Part shown: piece after piece, positions 9,475 through 17,154 of the stretch
How positions within the stretch are numbered: the first letter of the stretch is position 1
Layout: every line of letters starts with the position of its first letter
NCBI GenBank assembly: GCA_031411295.1
Contig: JANOAV010000108.1
Span: forward strand, 1 to 38,558
From: Verrucomicrobiales bacterium
Lineage (GTDB): Bacteria; Verrucomicrobiota; Verrucomicrobiia; Verrucomicrobiales; V1-33
Length of the DNA stretch: 38,558 nt
Direction of reading: 5' to 3'
Notes under the pieces: model-generated
Databases searched by the model: none
Told to the model about the DNA's origin: nothing
What the model saw: only the letters and a program-made list of their open reading frames with translations
Position numbers and translations under genes: made by a program

Positions 9475-9912
9475 ATGATTCTGTTTTTTTACTTAATTGC
9501 TATCAGTGCCTCGTTCGTTATGTTGAGCATAGGGGTGATAGGTTTCTTTATCAAAAATATGGAAAGTATCAGGGTATTTGAATTCAAACATTACTTGGGT
9601 GTCTGTCTTCTGATTTCCTTCTGTGATTTCATTTACGTTAGATGTGCAGTTTTTGTGGTTATGCGGAAAATTTCGTGGGTAAATTTCATCCAATGGAGAC
9701 GCAGATTAATTTCTGCAATAATCGCGATGTCAATAACTGGCGTGGGGTTGCATTGGTGTGTAGCAGGTGGAAAAGATGTGCTATACTCCACTTTTCAATC
9801 GATCTGTTTTTCTCAACTGTTCGCTACACTCGTATTGTTACTGCCACCGTATTGGCGGATGAACAAGATTGCAATTAGGGCTGATACAAGAGGTTCACGC
9901 AATTCCAGATAG
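9475..9912 (+). CDS. Hypothetical AT-rich membrane protein (~4 TM)
   Basis: 145-aa ORF with four hydrophobic segments; markedly more AT-rich than the flanking genes. Confidence 0.7.
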   Translation: MILFFYLIAISASFVMLSIGVIGFFIKNMESIRVFEFKHYLGVCLLISFCDFIYVRCAVFVVMRKISWVNFIQWRRRLISAIIAMSITGVGLHWCVAGGKDVLYSTFQSICFSQLFATLVLLLPPYWRMNKIAIRADTRGSRNSR

Positions 9913-9921
9913 ACACGTGAA

Positions 9922-10001
9922 AGCAAGACAGGTCAGACAGCAAGACGGGTCAGGCTTGCAAAACATAAAGGGAGCCCTACAAAAGCTCGAAGACGAGGTC
10001 A
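9922..10001 (+). repeat. Cluster of short GCAAGAC(A/G)GGTCAG repeats (REP-like)
   Basis: AGCAAGACAGGTCAG 9922-9936; AGCAAGACGGGTCAG 9939-9953, continuing GCTTGCA to form a GCAAG..CTTGC hairpin; AAGACGAGGTCA 9990-10001. Confidence 0.7.
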
Positions 10002-10014
10002 AAAAATATTGCCC

Positions 10015-10296
10015 ATGAACTTATCTGTAATTTTCCGAGAACTTGACGAAGCCAGGATTCACCTAACTGCTATTTGCGACCAGTTAGGCAACGATGACAC
10101 AATCTCAGAGGAAATGGACTTGGCCACAATTCTTGGCCATGTTGTTTCACACATTTCCTTGGCGTGGACGCTGGGGCGCATGCCTAAGCATATTAGTGAA
10201 TCATTGTCCCAGGCAACGTATGATGATTTGTGCGATGCAGTGCCTAATTTTACTGGAACTATGCGCATGCTCGAAGGGTGGGACGTAATTGATTAG
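10015..10296 (+). CDS. Small acidic hypothetical protein
   Basis: 93-aa ORF from ATG 10015 (track uses TTG 10009); predicted helical, acidic, AT-rich codons. Confidence 0.7.
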   Translation: MNLSVIFRELDEARIHLTAICDQLGNDDTISEEMDLATILGHVVSHISLAWTLGRMPKHISESLSQATYDDLCDAVPNFTGTMRMLEGWDVID

Positions 10297-10300
10297 CAAC

Positions 10301-10350
10301 AAGGCAACATGAAGGCAAGCGGAATGAATGAAGGCAAGACGGCCGGGCTT
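10301..10350 (+). repeat. AAGGCAA stutter (3x) ending in a degenerate GCAAGACGG-C-GGCTT repeat copy
   Basis: aaggcaac-atg-aaggcaagc...aaggcaagacggccgggctt; the last part resembles 9940-9957 (gcaagacgggtcaggctt). Confidence 0.55.
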
Positions 10351-10505
10351 AATACACACTTGCGTAAGTCGATTTTCCATAATTTTCGCACATGAAGGTC
10401 AACATTATGAGCGTCCCTAGAATTTCCTTACCAAGAAGACAATAAGCCATCCACATTATTAGAAGATCCACTTGCGGTCCGCCAGAATTTCCATAGGAGC
10501 ACTCC

Positions 10506-10619
10506 ATGACTACCCGATACCGATTCCGTCCCGCCGATTTAGAGGAGGTGGCTTATTACCATGTGGTTTCCCGATGATACAACCGCAAGTTCTTGCTGGA
10601 GGCTGAAGAGAAGGAGCAC
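10506..10619 (+). pseudogene. Decayed N-terminal fragment of a RAYT/Y1 transposase
   Basis: GGAG RBS at 10496-10499, then MTTRYRFRPADLEEVAYYHVVSR*YNRKFLLEAEEKEH. Matches the RAYT N-terminal pattern YYH(C/V)xSRxxxRxFxxxxEEKE. TGA at 10575; similarity is lost after ~10619 and no HUH motif follows. Confidence 0.75.
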
Positions 10620-10780
10620 CGAATCTTTCCGCCAAGCAATGAACGCGGAACGGCCTAGGTTCGTCGAGTCCTGCAACTTGCTGGCAAGTCAGCCGCGCGT
10701 TGGGAGTGGCTACACGTAAGCAGGGAACATTATCCGAGCTTCATGTTGGCTAAAGGTTGGGCTGGCCCTACTGCTGTAGC

Positions 10781-10801
10781 CGCCAATAGATCTATTTGGC
10801 G
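10781..10801. promoter_or_regulatory. Near-perfect palindrome upstream of the YHYH gene (candidate operator)
   Basis: CGCCAATAGA|TCTAT(T)TGGCG, ending 16 bp before ATG 10818. Confidence 0.35.
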
Positions 10802-10817
10802 CTTACCACTTTGCATT

Positions 10818-12059
10818 ATGAAATACCACGCCAACTACCTCCCCCAACTGATCCTGCACAGCCTGACGGTCTTCGCAGCCAATTCTGTCCTGGCCCACCC
10901 TGGGCATGGGGACGAGGTTTCCGATGCAGCTTCCGCAGAGACCTATTTGGTGCAGGCGGGCACTCCGAAAGCGGAAGCGAAGTCTGATCCGAAGAATGAA
11001 ATCAAAATCTCCATTGAGGGAGAGTTCCGGATTATCAAATCCAACGGCTGGCCGGATCACGCTCCAGGGGAATTTCCGCGGCGGGGAAATCCTAACGTGC
11101 CGACGGCGCAGGCTTATTCTTTCAAGGTTCCCGTCAAGCCAACCGTAGCGGAGACGCCCGCGCGTCGTGGTGGTTGGTGGTGGGGAGTGGCCCTGAATGG
11201 GGTGCCCTTTGAGCCAGGCACGGGGGAGACTTGGAACAACGATCCGCAGTCGGGCTGGCGCTATGAAGCCGCCACAGGGTTTCTGAATTTGGGCTTGGAT
11301 CAACACAATGCCCACGTGCAGCCCAATGGTTCCTATCACTATCATGCGCTGCCGGTTGGCTTGGTGGAGAAACTCGGCGGGGACACTAAATCGATGCGGC
11401 AAGTGGGCTGGGCGGCGGATGGATATCCGCTTTACACTAGCATGGCTTATACCAAAGCGGAGGATGCCAAGAGCGAGCTTCGTAAAATGAAACCAAGCTA
11501 TCGCTTGAAGGCCGGGGAGCGGCCCACGGAGCCCAACGGTCCGACCGGAAAATATGATGGGCGCTTCACGCAGGATTTCGAATTCGTGAAGGACTTGGGA
11601 GATCTGGATGAATGTAATGGCCGGACCGGGGTGACTCCGGAGTTTCCGCTGGGCACGTATTACTATTGCATCTCCGCAGAGTTTCCATTCGTGCCCCGGA
11701 TGTGGCATGGCACGCCGGATAGTAGTTTCAGCAAAGGGGATCGGCCACCCGGCGGTGGTCCTGGTGGTGGCGGTGGTCAGCGCCCAGCTGAACTCGGAGG
11801 CCCCCCGCGTGGTATCTTGGAAGGAGGGCCGATGTCCGGTCAACCTGTGCCAGGGGGCAGTCCCGGCGGATTCGTGCCTCCAATTGTTGGAGCAATGGAT
11901 TTGAACAAAGATGGCGTGTTGGATAAAGACGAAATCGCCAAAGCCACCGAATCCCTGAAGTCGCTCGACAAGAATGGAGATGGAAAATTAACGCAGGAGG
12001 AATTCCGTCCGGCCCCGGGGAGTGGCCCGCCGGGAGGCGCTGGGGCTCCGCCGCGATGA
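10818..12059 (+). CDS. Secreted YHYH-domain protein with C-terminal EF-hand pair
   Basis: Signal peptide ending VLA-HPGHG; 'GVALNGVPF', 'GLDQHNAHVQPNGSYHYH', 'GWAADGYP', 'GDLDECNG'; Gly/Pro linker; EF-hands DLNKDGVLDKDE and DKNGDGKLTQEE. ATG 10818 preferred over 10743. Confidence 0.9.
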   Translation: MKYHANYLPQLILHSLTVFAANSVLAHPGHGDEVSDAASAETYLVQAGTPKAEAKSDPKNEIKISIEGEFRIIKSNGWPDHAPGEFPRRGNPNVPTAQAYSFKVPVKPTVAETPARRGGWWWGVALNGVPFEPGTGETWNNDPQSGWRYEAATGFLNLGLDQHNAHVQPNGSYHYHALPVGLVEKLGGDTKSMRQVGWAADGYPLYTSMAYTKAEDAKSELRKMKPSYRLKAGERPTEPNGPTGKYDGRFTQDFEFVKDLGDLDECNGRTGVTPEFPLGTYYYCISAEFPFVPRMWHGTPDSSFSKGDRPPGGGPGGGGGQRPAELGGPPRGILEGGPMSGQPVPGGSPGGFVPPIVGAMDLNKDGVLDKDEIAKATESLKSLDKNGDGKLTQEEFRPAPGSGPPGGAGAPPR

Positions 12060-12098
12060 GATTGATGAGATCAAGCGAGGGCGCTTCCGCGACAGAGG

Positions 12099-12530
12099 CT
12101 AACCTTTATCATCCAAGTATTTCCATGCGCCCTTGTGGCGGCGGAAGCGTGAGCACTCGTAATGTTCGTGGAGCACGTCGTTGTGATAGAATTCAGCCGT
12201 GAATTCCACCTTGCCGGTCTTGTCATCGGGCTGGCCTTTGCTGGTGCCATGGATGGTGAGAAATTTCCACATGGCTTGATCAGCAGTAGCTTGGATTTCC
12301 TGGCGCAGGGTGGGGGTCTTTTTATCGGGGTGCGTGGTATCGACCAAGTAATCGATCAATCGAAAGAAATAAGCGCTGTAGCGTGAGCGCATGAGTTGCT
12401 CGGCGGTGGCAGGGAGTTTTCCACGATGAAACGGGCCGCAGCATTCGCCATAGGGGAGGCGGCTTTTGCAGGGGCAGAGTGATTGGTCCCGGACGCGGGG
12501 GATTTTTTCGTGATCCAAATTCATAGGCAA
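12099..12530 (-). CDS. ychJ: YchJ family (SEC-C motif + NTF2-like) protein
   Basis: CPCKS..YGECC..H, 'TAEQLMRSRYSAY', 'YLVDTTHP', 'VEFTA', 'E.SRF....W.YLD'. Confidence 0.9.
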   Translation of the reverse strand: MPMNLDHEKIPRVRDQSLCPCKSRLPYGECCGPFHRGKLPATAEQLMRSRYSAYFFRLIDYLVDTTHPDKKTPTLRQEIQATADQAMWKFLTIHGTSKGQPDDKTGKVEFTAEFYHNDVLHEHYECSRFRRHKGAWKYLDDKG

Positions 12531-12592
12531 GTGCTGCCATCATGCGTCGTGAAATGCGGTAGCGCAAGCAAGCAGAAGTGGTGCTCCCAACT

Positions 12593-13273
12593 TCACGATT
12601 TGATCTGAAAATTAAAGGGCACGGTGGCTTTGGATTTTACCGGACGACCGGCACTAACGGCGGGGCGGAAGGTGGATTGCTTGGCGGCAGTGGTGGCGGC
12701 GGTATCGAGCGAGGTCACGCCGGAGCTGCTCTGGGTTTCCACGCGATCCACTTTGCCGAATTCGTTGATGTAAAGCATCAGGACGACGCGGCCGGTTTGG
12801 CGGGCCTGGAGGGCTGCGGTGGGATAGACGGGAGCAGGGCGATGCAGGAAGGAAACGTTGCCAGTGGCTTCGTAGTTGCCGCCGCCGGTGCTCTTGCTGC
12901 TGCCTTTGGCCAGCGCGGCGGTGGTCGATGCTCTGCTGGAGGGAGCTTTCGGTTTCGCCACAGGGGCTGGTGGTTTGGGCTCAATGACGATGGGACTTGG
13001 CGTAGAGATGGGCGCTTCGGGCGCTAGTTCGATGGGCTCGGGGGCGTGCTCGGCAATTATTTCCGGGGGCGTTATTTCCTCCACAGGTGCTGCCGCGACC
13101 GTTTCCGCGGGTGCATCCGGATCGTTTGCTGGAGGCGCATCGCACAGGCTCACTTCCATGCAGGCGGCAGGTGCTTCCGGCAGCTTGGTGGTGGCGGGCA
13201 AGGTGATGACGCAACCCAGGGCCGCATGCAGGCTCACGGCTATGATGAAGGCTATCTTGGTGGAATGCGGCAT
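12593..13273 (-). CDS. tonB: Energy transducer TonB
   Basis: N-terminal TM with His (AVSLHAAL), Pro/Glu-rich linker, C-terminal 'PVYP..A..ARQTGRV...I...G.V....SSG...LD.AA' TonB_C domain. Confidence 0.92.
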   Translation of the reverse strand: MPHSTKIAFIIAVSLHAALGCVITLPATTKLPEAPAACMEVSLCDAPPANDPDAPAETVAAAPVEEITPPEIIAEHAPEPIELAPEAPISTPSPIVIEPKPPAPVAKPKAPSSRASTTAALAKGSSKSTGGGNYEATGNVSFLHRPAPVYPTAALQARQTGRVVLMLYINEFGKVDRVETQSSSGVTSLDTAATTAAKQSTFRPAVSAGRPVKSKATVPFNFQIKS

Positions 13274-13285
13274 GGCGGATTAAGG

Positions 13286-13699
13286 TTAGTCCTGCGCGCG
13301 GGTTTGGAAGGTGACTTTGCTGATGCCTTGGCGGCGGCATTCGTCCAGCACGCGAATGGCATGTCCGAGTTGGGCGGTTTCGTCTCCATTGATCAGCACG
13401 GCGGGATCCCCTTGATGGGCAGACTTCAAGGCCTGGAGTTTGGCTGGGAGTTCGTTGGGAGTTACGGGTGCTTTATCAAGGAAAATGCTACCATCTTTGG
13501 TAATGGTGAGCGTGGAGAAATCCGGCAGTTTCTGCGTGGTGCTAGTGCTGGAAGTGGGCAGCGTCACGCCGATGCCTCGGCTTTTGACCATGCTGAGGCT
13601 GACCATCACGAAGGTGGCGAGGAGGAAGAAAATAATATCGATCAACGGCACGATCTCAATGCGCGCCCGACGTTGGCTGCGTGGCGAAGGGATGGTCAT
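13286..13699 (-). CDS. exbD: Biopolymer transport protein ExbD
   Basis: 'IEIVPLIDIIFFLLATF' with the conserved TM Asp; 'VLINGDETAQLGHAIRVLD'. Confidence 0.95.
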   Translation of the reverse strand: MTIPSPRSQRRARIEIVPLIDIIFFLLATFVMVSLSMVKSRGIGVTLPTSSTSTTQKLPDFSTLTITKDGSIFLDKAPVTPNELPAKLQALKSAHQGDPAVLINGDETAQLGHAIRVLDECRRQGISKVTFQTRAQD

Positions 13700-13703
13700 G
13701 GCG

Positions 13704-14294
13704 TCATTTGAGGTGCAGTTCGAGTTGATTGGCGGCGGACTCCATTTTCCGGCGGGCCTGTTCCATGCGCGCGTTGAGAAAATTAAATGGAATCAAGGCG
13801 GTCATGGCAATGCCGAGTCCGAAGGCCGTGGCCAGCAGGGCTTCGGCTATGCCGCCAGTGACTGCGGAGGGCGCGTCCAACTCCGCTCCGCCCAGTAAAC
13901 CGAACGTCCGAATCATGCCGGTCACGGTCCCCAGCAATCCCAGCAGCGGAGCCAGGGTAATGATGGTATCCAGCACGGTCAGACCACGATTATATTTCTC
14001 CAACGCTTCGCCACTGCCATGCAGCACGGCCTGCGTGAGGCCGCTCTGCCGATGTCCCAGAGCATAGCCGAGCACTTGGGCCACACAGTCGGAGGAGGCC
14101 GCAGCGGTCTGTTGGGCGGAGTCCAATTCTCCGCGTTCCACTTTCACCAAGACGTCAATGACCGCCGCGCGATTCCGCCGACGGCGTTCTGTGATCAGGA
14201 AAATGATCCGCTCCACCACCACCGTTAGAGTGATGATGGAGCAGATCAGCAGCGGCCACATGATGGGGCCACCTTTATGGAACAATTCTAGCAT
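13704..14294 (-). CDS. exbB: MotA/TolQ/ExbB proton channel protein
   Basis: 'GGPIMWPL', 'APLLGLLGTVTGMI', 'GIAEALLATAFGL'. Confidence 0.95.
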   Translation of the reverse strand: MLELFHKGGPIMWPLLICSIITLTVVVERIIFLITERRRRNRAAVIDVLVKVERGELDSAQQTAAASSDCVAQVLGYALGHRQSGLTQAVLHGSGEALEKYNRGLTVLDTIITLAPLLGLLGTVTGMIRTFGLLGGAELDAPSAVTGGIAEALLATAFGLGIAMTALIPFNFLNARMEQARRKMESAANQLELHLK

Positions 14295-14296
14295 AG

Positions 14297-15193
14297 TTAG
14301 TTATGCGCGCCCGAGACTGGTTGGTGCACTTTCTTGGCGCCCTGGCCGAAATCGATGCCGAAGATGAGGTAGGCTTCGAGGTCCGGAGCGGCCTTGGTGA
14401 CGCCGAAGAGCGTCACCAGATCAATGTGCGTGTTGCGCGAAGGACGGAATTGGAGGGATGGGCCGATGAGGAATTTGTGTTCCGGATTCCCCCGCTCGCC
14501 TGCCACGGTCTCGCGGATGTAGCGTGATTCAATCCCCGCACTGATGGCATCCGAGATATCATAACTGAGGCCGCCGGAGACTTGCCATTCGGTGGTTTTC
14601 TCGTGGGTCAGTTCCTGTTCCCAAATGAAGTTGATCCCATAGGAAAGTTTATCGCCAATGTTATCGCCTAGCAGCAATTTGAGTTCGAGGACATCGCCCC
14701 CCAAGTCATGGTTGGCCCATTTATATTCAGCGTAGAGCGTGGGGTTCAGTGGGATGACACCCCAATCAGCCAAGGCCCAGCGCAGTTCCACGCCGACATC
14801 TTCGAAGTCGGTGTTGCCGTTTTTGTGAGTCCAATCATAATAGATATCCAACTGCGCGCGGTAAGGCAGACCGATTTCAAACTCTTCGACAAAGCGATGT
14901 TGCGGGTTCTTGCCATCGCTGGCCCGCAGGCGCCACCATTGTGCCACGCCCACTTCCCAGGGATCCTTCTGCACGAAGACGCGCGTGGTGCTGAACCGAC
15001 GTTGCTTGGTCCAGCCTGGTTGGTTATACACGCCCTTTTCTCTCAGGATCGATCCAGTGGAACTCGGTTCGCTGGCGGAAACCAGGATTTCCGGAAGCTT
15101 GGTGGTCTTATTCGGCACGGCAGTTTCCACCGCAGTGGCGGCAGTCATGGTGGCAGCGGTAATGAGGGCGGGAAGCAAACGAAGTTTCGTCAT
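14297..15193 (-). CDS. Small putative outer-membrane beta-barrel protein (298 aa) with TonB-box-like motif
   Basis: Start reassigned to ATG 15193 because the longer ORF overlaps the anti-sigma gene. Signal peptide MTKLRLLPALITAATMTAATA, then LPEILVSA, then amphipathic aromatic-ended strands (EFEIGL, LDIYYDW, VELRWAL, LYAEYKW, LELKLLLG, YGINFIWE, YLIFGIDF). Confidence 0.75.
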   Translation of the reverse strand: MTKLRLLPALITAATMTAATAVETAVPNKTTKLPEILVSASEPSSTGSILREKGVYNQPGWTKQRRFSTTRVFVQKDPWEVGVAQWWRLRASDGKNPQHRFVEEFEIGLPYRAQLDIYYDWTHKNGNTDFEDVGVELRWALADWGVIPLNPTLYAEYKWANHDLGGDVLELKLLLGDNIGDKLSYGINFIWEQELTHEKTTEWQVSGGLSYDISDAISAGIESRYIRETVAGERGNPEHKFLIGPSLQFRPSRNTHIDLVTLFGVTKAAPDLEAYLIFGIDFGQGAKKVHQPVSGAHN

Positions 15194-15254
15194 GAGCAAT
15201 GTGGTTATGGTTTTTGTTGTAGGTGGGGTGAAAAATAAACGAGCATCACGCAGC

Positions 15255-16439
15255 CTAACGCAGTGCGAGTGACGCCATGGCCGTGGCGTAGAGTCGGCCA
15301 CCGACCTGTCCCCAGCGGCCATCCGGGCTCCAAGTTCCGGAGTCTTCGCCCTGGCTGATTTGCTGTTCGAGCAAGGAATGTCGGATGGCGGCCAGACGTT
15401 GTTGGGAGGCTGGATCCACCGCAGAGCGAAGCTTGGTAGTGGCAAAGTAAGCATCGAAGAAATCGACGCCTTGGCTGGGAAGTCGCGCGGGCAGGGTGAG
15501 ATCGCGTGCTGGGGAGTTGGCGTTGACCCACTCATGACCACGATTCAAATGTGGCCGGAAATCCTCCCAGCCAAGATCCACGGCTAATTGCAGCGTTTCG
15601 AGTTGCCACAGGGTGGCGGCCAGATTCGGTTGCACGGCCTGACTGGCACCCCACCACCCTTCGTTGGTTTGCTGAGAAATGATGACGGCCAGTGAGTTCG
15701 TCAACGGACCACGAGCGGCGGGATCGGGCTGCTGTTTATAGGCCTGCAGCAGGGCGAGCGTGCCAATGGCTTGATTATAGGAGGCTCCGGAGAATCGCGT
15801 GCCAAACGCCCCATTGTTAGCACGAAACGCTTCCAGGCGTTGCTTGGCCTTGGCAATGGCGGTGGCGCGTTCCGGCGTAATCTCTGCCTCGGCGGTGAGC
15901 AGGGCGACCATGGGGAGCGCGGTCAGGGCCACCTCGAAACGTTGGTCTCCGCCCCAGCGGGCGGGACTCCACGAACCATCTGGTTCCTGAGTGCGGCAGA
16001 ACCAATCCAGCGCCTTGGTTAGGCTGGCATCGGTGGCATCCGTTGGACTGACGCGCGGAATTTCCAGGGCGACCTCGGGGGCTACAGCAGGACGATGTTT
16101 CCACAGGCCGACGACCCCGAGTCCAATGATACAGGCTGCGGCCGCTGCGGTCCACCGATGCAAACGGGAGAAGGCGAAGAAACTAGGCCGCACAATTTCT
16201 GGTGCCTGAATGGTCGCCAGGATGCGGTTGGAAAACTCTGCGGAGGCCTGCGGGCTTGCGGTTGATTGAAGTTTCCCGATGACAAAACGCAACGAGGCCG
16301 CGGTCTGGGTGCAGCTGGGGCACGATTCCAAATGGACCTGTAACTGCTGGGCGACCGCTGGTGCAAGCTCCCCGGCCAGCAGGGCGGGAATTTCATCGCA
16401 CTGCGGACATGACGGGGAGGATGCGTGGTCAGGGTTCAT
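15255..16439 (-). CDS. ZAS anti-sigma factor with TM helix and C-terminal prenyltransferase/squalene-cyclase-type (QW) repeat domain
   Basis: N-terminal HLESCPSC (HxxxCxxC); TM 'WTAAAAACIIGLGVVGLW'; QxxDGSW-type repeats (QEPDGSW, QTNEGWW, QGEDSGTW); overlaps the sigma gene by 11 bp. Confidence 0.85.
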   Translation of the reverse strand: MNPDHASSPSCPQCDEIPALLAGELAPAVAQQLQVHLESCPSCTQTAASLRFVIGKLQSTASPQASAEFSNRILATIQAPEIVRPSFFAFSRLHRWTAAAAACIIGLGVVGLWKHRPAVAPEVALEIPRVSPTDATDASLTKALDWFCRTQEPDGSWSPARWGGDQRFEVALTALPMVALLTAEAEITPERATAIAKAKQRLEAFRANNGAFGTRFSGASYNQAIGTLALLQAYKQQPDPAARGPLTNSLAVIISQQTNEGWWGASQAVQPNLAATLWQLETLQLAVDLGWEDFRPHLNRGHEWVNANSPARDLTLPARLPSQGVDFFDAYFATTKLRSAVDPASQQRLAAIRHSLLEQQISQGEDSGTWSPDGRWGQVGGRLYATAMASLALR

Positions 16440-17028
16440 GGAGGGATTCGCGGAGCGCGTTGAGAGCTAGATTGATGCGGGATTTAACGGTGCCCAGGGG
16501 GATGTCCAGAACCTCCGCGACTTCTTGATAGCGGAGTCCCTGGTAAATATTGAGCACGATGACATCGCGCAGCTTGGGAGAAAGTTTAGCCAGCGCAGCA
16601 TCAATGTCTGCGGTGGCTGGGCCGTGATCAGACGTGAAGGGAATGATGCGGGCTTCGGCCTCGAGGCACGTCGCCAATTTCTCGCGACGCAGGGCTTTGC
16701 GCCCCCGATCCGCCCAGACGCGTCGCGCCAGCACATGAAGGAACGTCGTGAACCGCGCAGTTGGCTGGTAGCGGTCACGATAGCGGTAGAGGCGAACAAA
16801 AGTATCTTGAGCGAGGTCTTCACAATCTGAGTAAGCGCCCATGCGGGCAAAAAAGTTCAGTAGATAATTCTGATTTTTTTCGACCAGCGTTTTAAAAGCT
16901 CCCTCATCTCCCTGGGAAACCCGCGCCATCAGCAGCGCATCCACATCCTCCACAGCCCCTGCGGGCTCAGCAGGAGCAGGGGTGGCAGCACTGCCAAAGG
17001 GTTCATCAGAAGCGAGGGAGGATAGCAT
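16429..17028 (-). CDS. ECF RNA polymerase sigma factor
   Basis: 'GDEGAFKTLV', 'EDLAQDTFVRLY', 'FTTFLHVLAR', region 4 'GLRYQEVAEVLDIPLGTVKSRI'. Confidence 0.95.
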   Translation of the reverse strand: MLSSLASDEPFGSAATPAPAEPAGAVEDVDALLMARVSQGDEGAFKTLVEKNQNYLLNFFARMGAYSDCEDLAQDTFVRLYRYRDRYQPTARFTTFLHVLARRVWADRGRKALRREKLATCLEAEARIIPFTSDHGPATADIDAALAKLSPKLRDVIVLNIYQGLRYQEVAEVLDIPLGTVKSRINLALNALRESLHEP

Positions 17029-17154
17029 TTCGGGCCGACTCTTCCGTAAATTCGCCCGACAAGCAAGAAATTCGACAAGGTGACAATTTCGCCTAAAATG
17101 AAAGGACCCGCACCATTTCCCGTTAATCCTCTACGACTGGAGACAGTTACCTGT

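Noticed and set aside
15194..15541. N-terminal extension of the barrel ORF given in the track (414 aa)
   Set aside because: Overlaps the anti-sigma gene; a clear signal peptide begins at ATG 15193.
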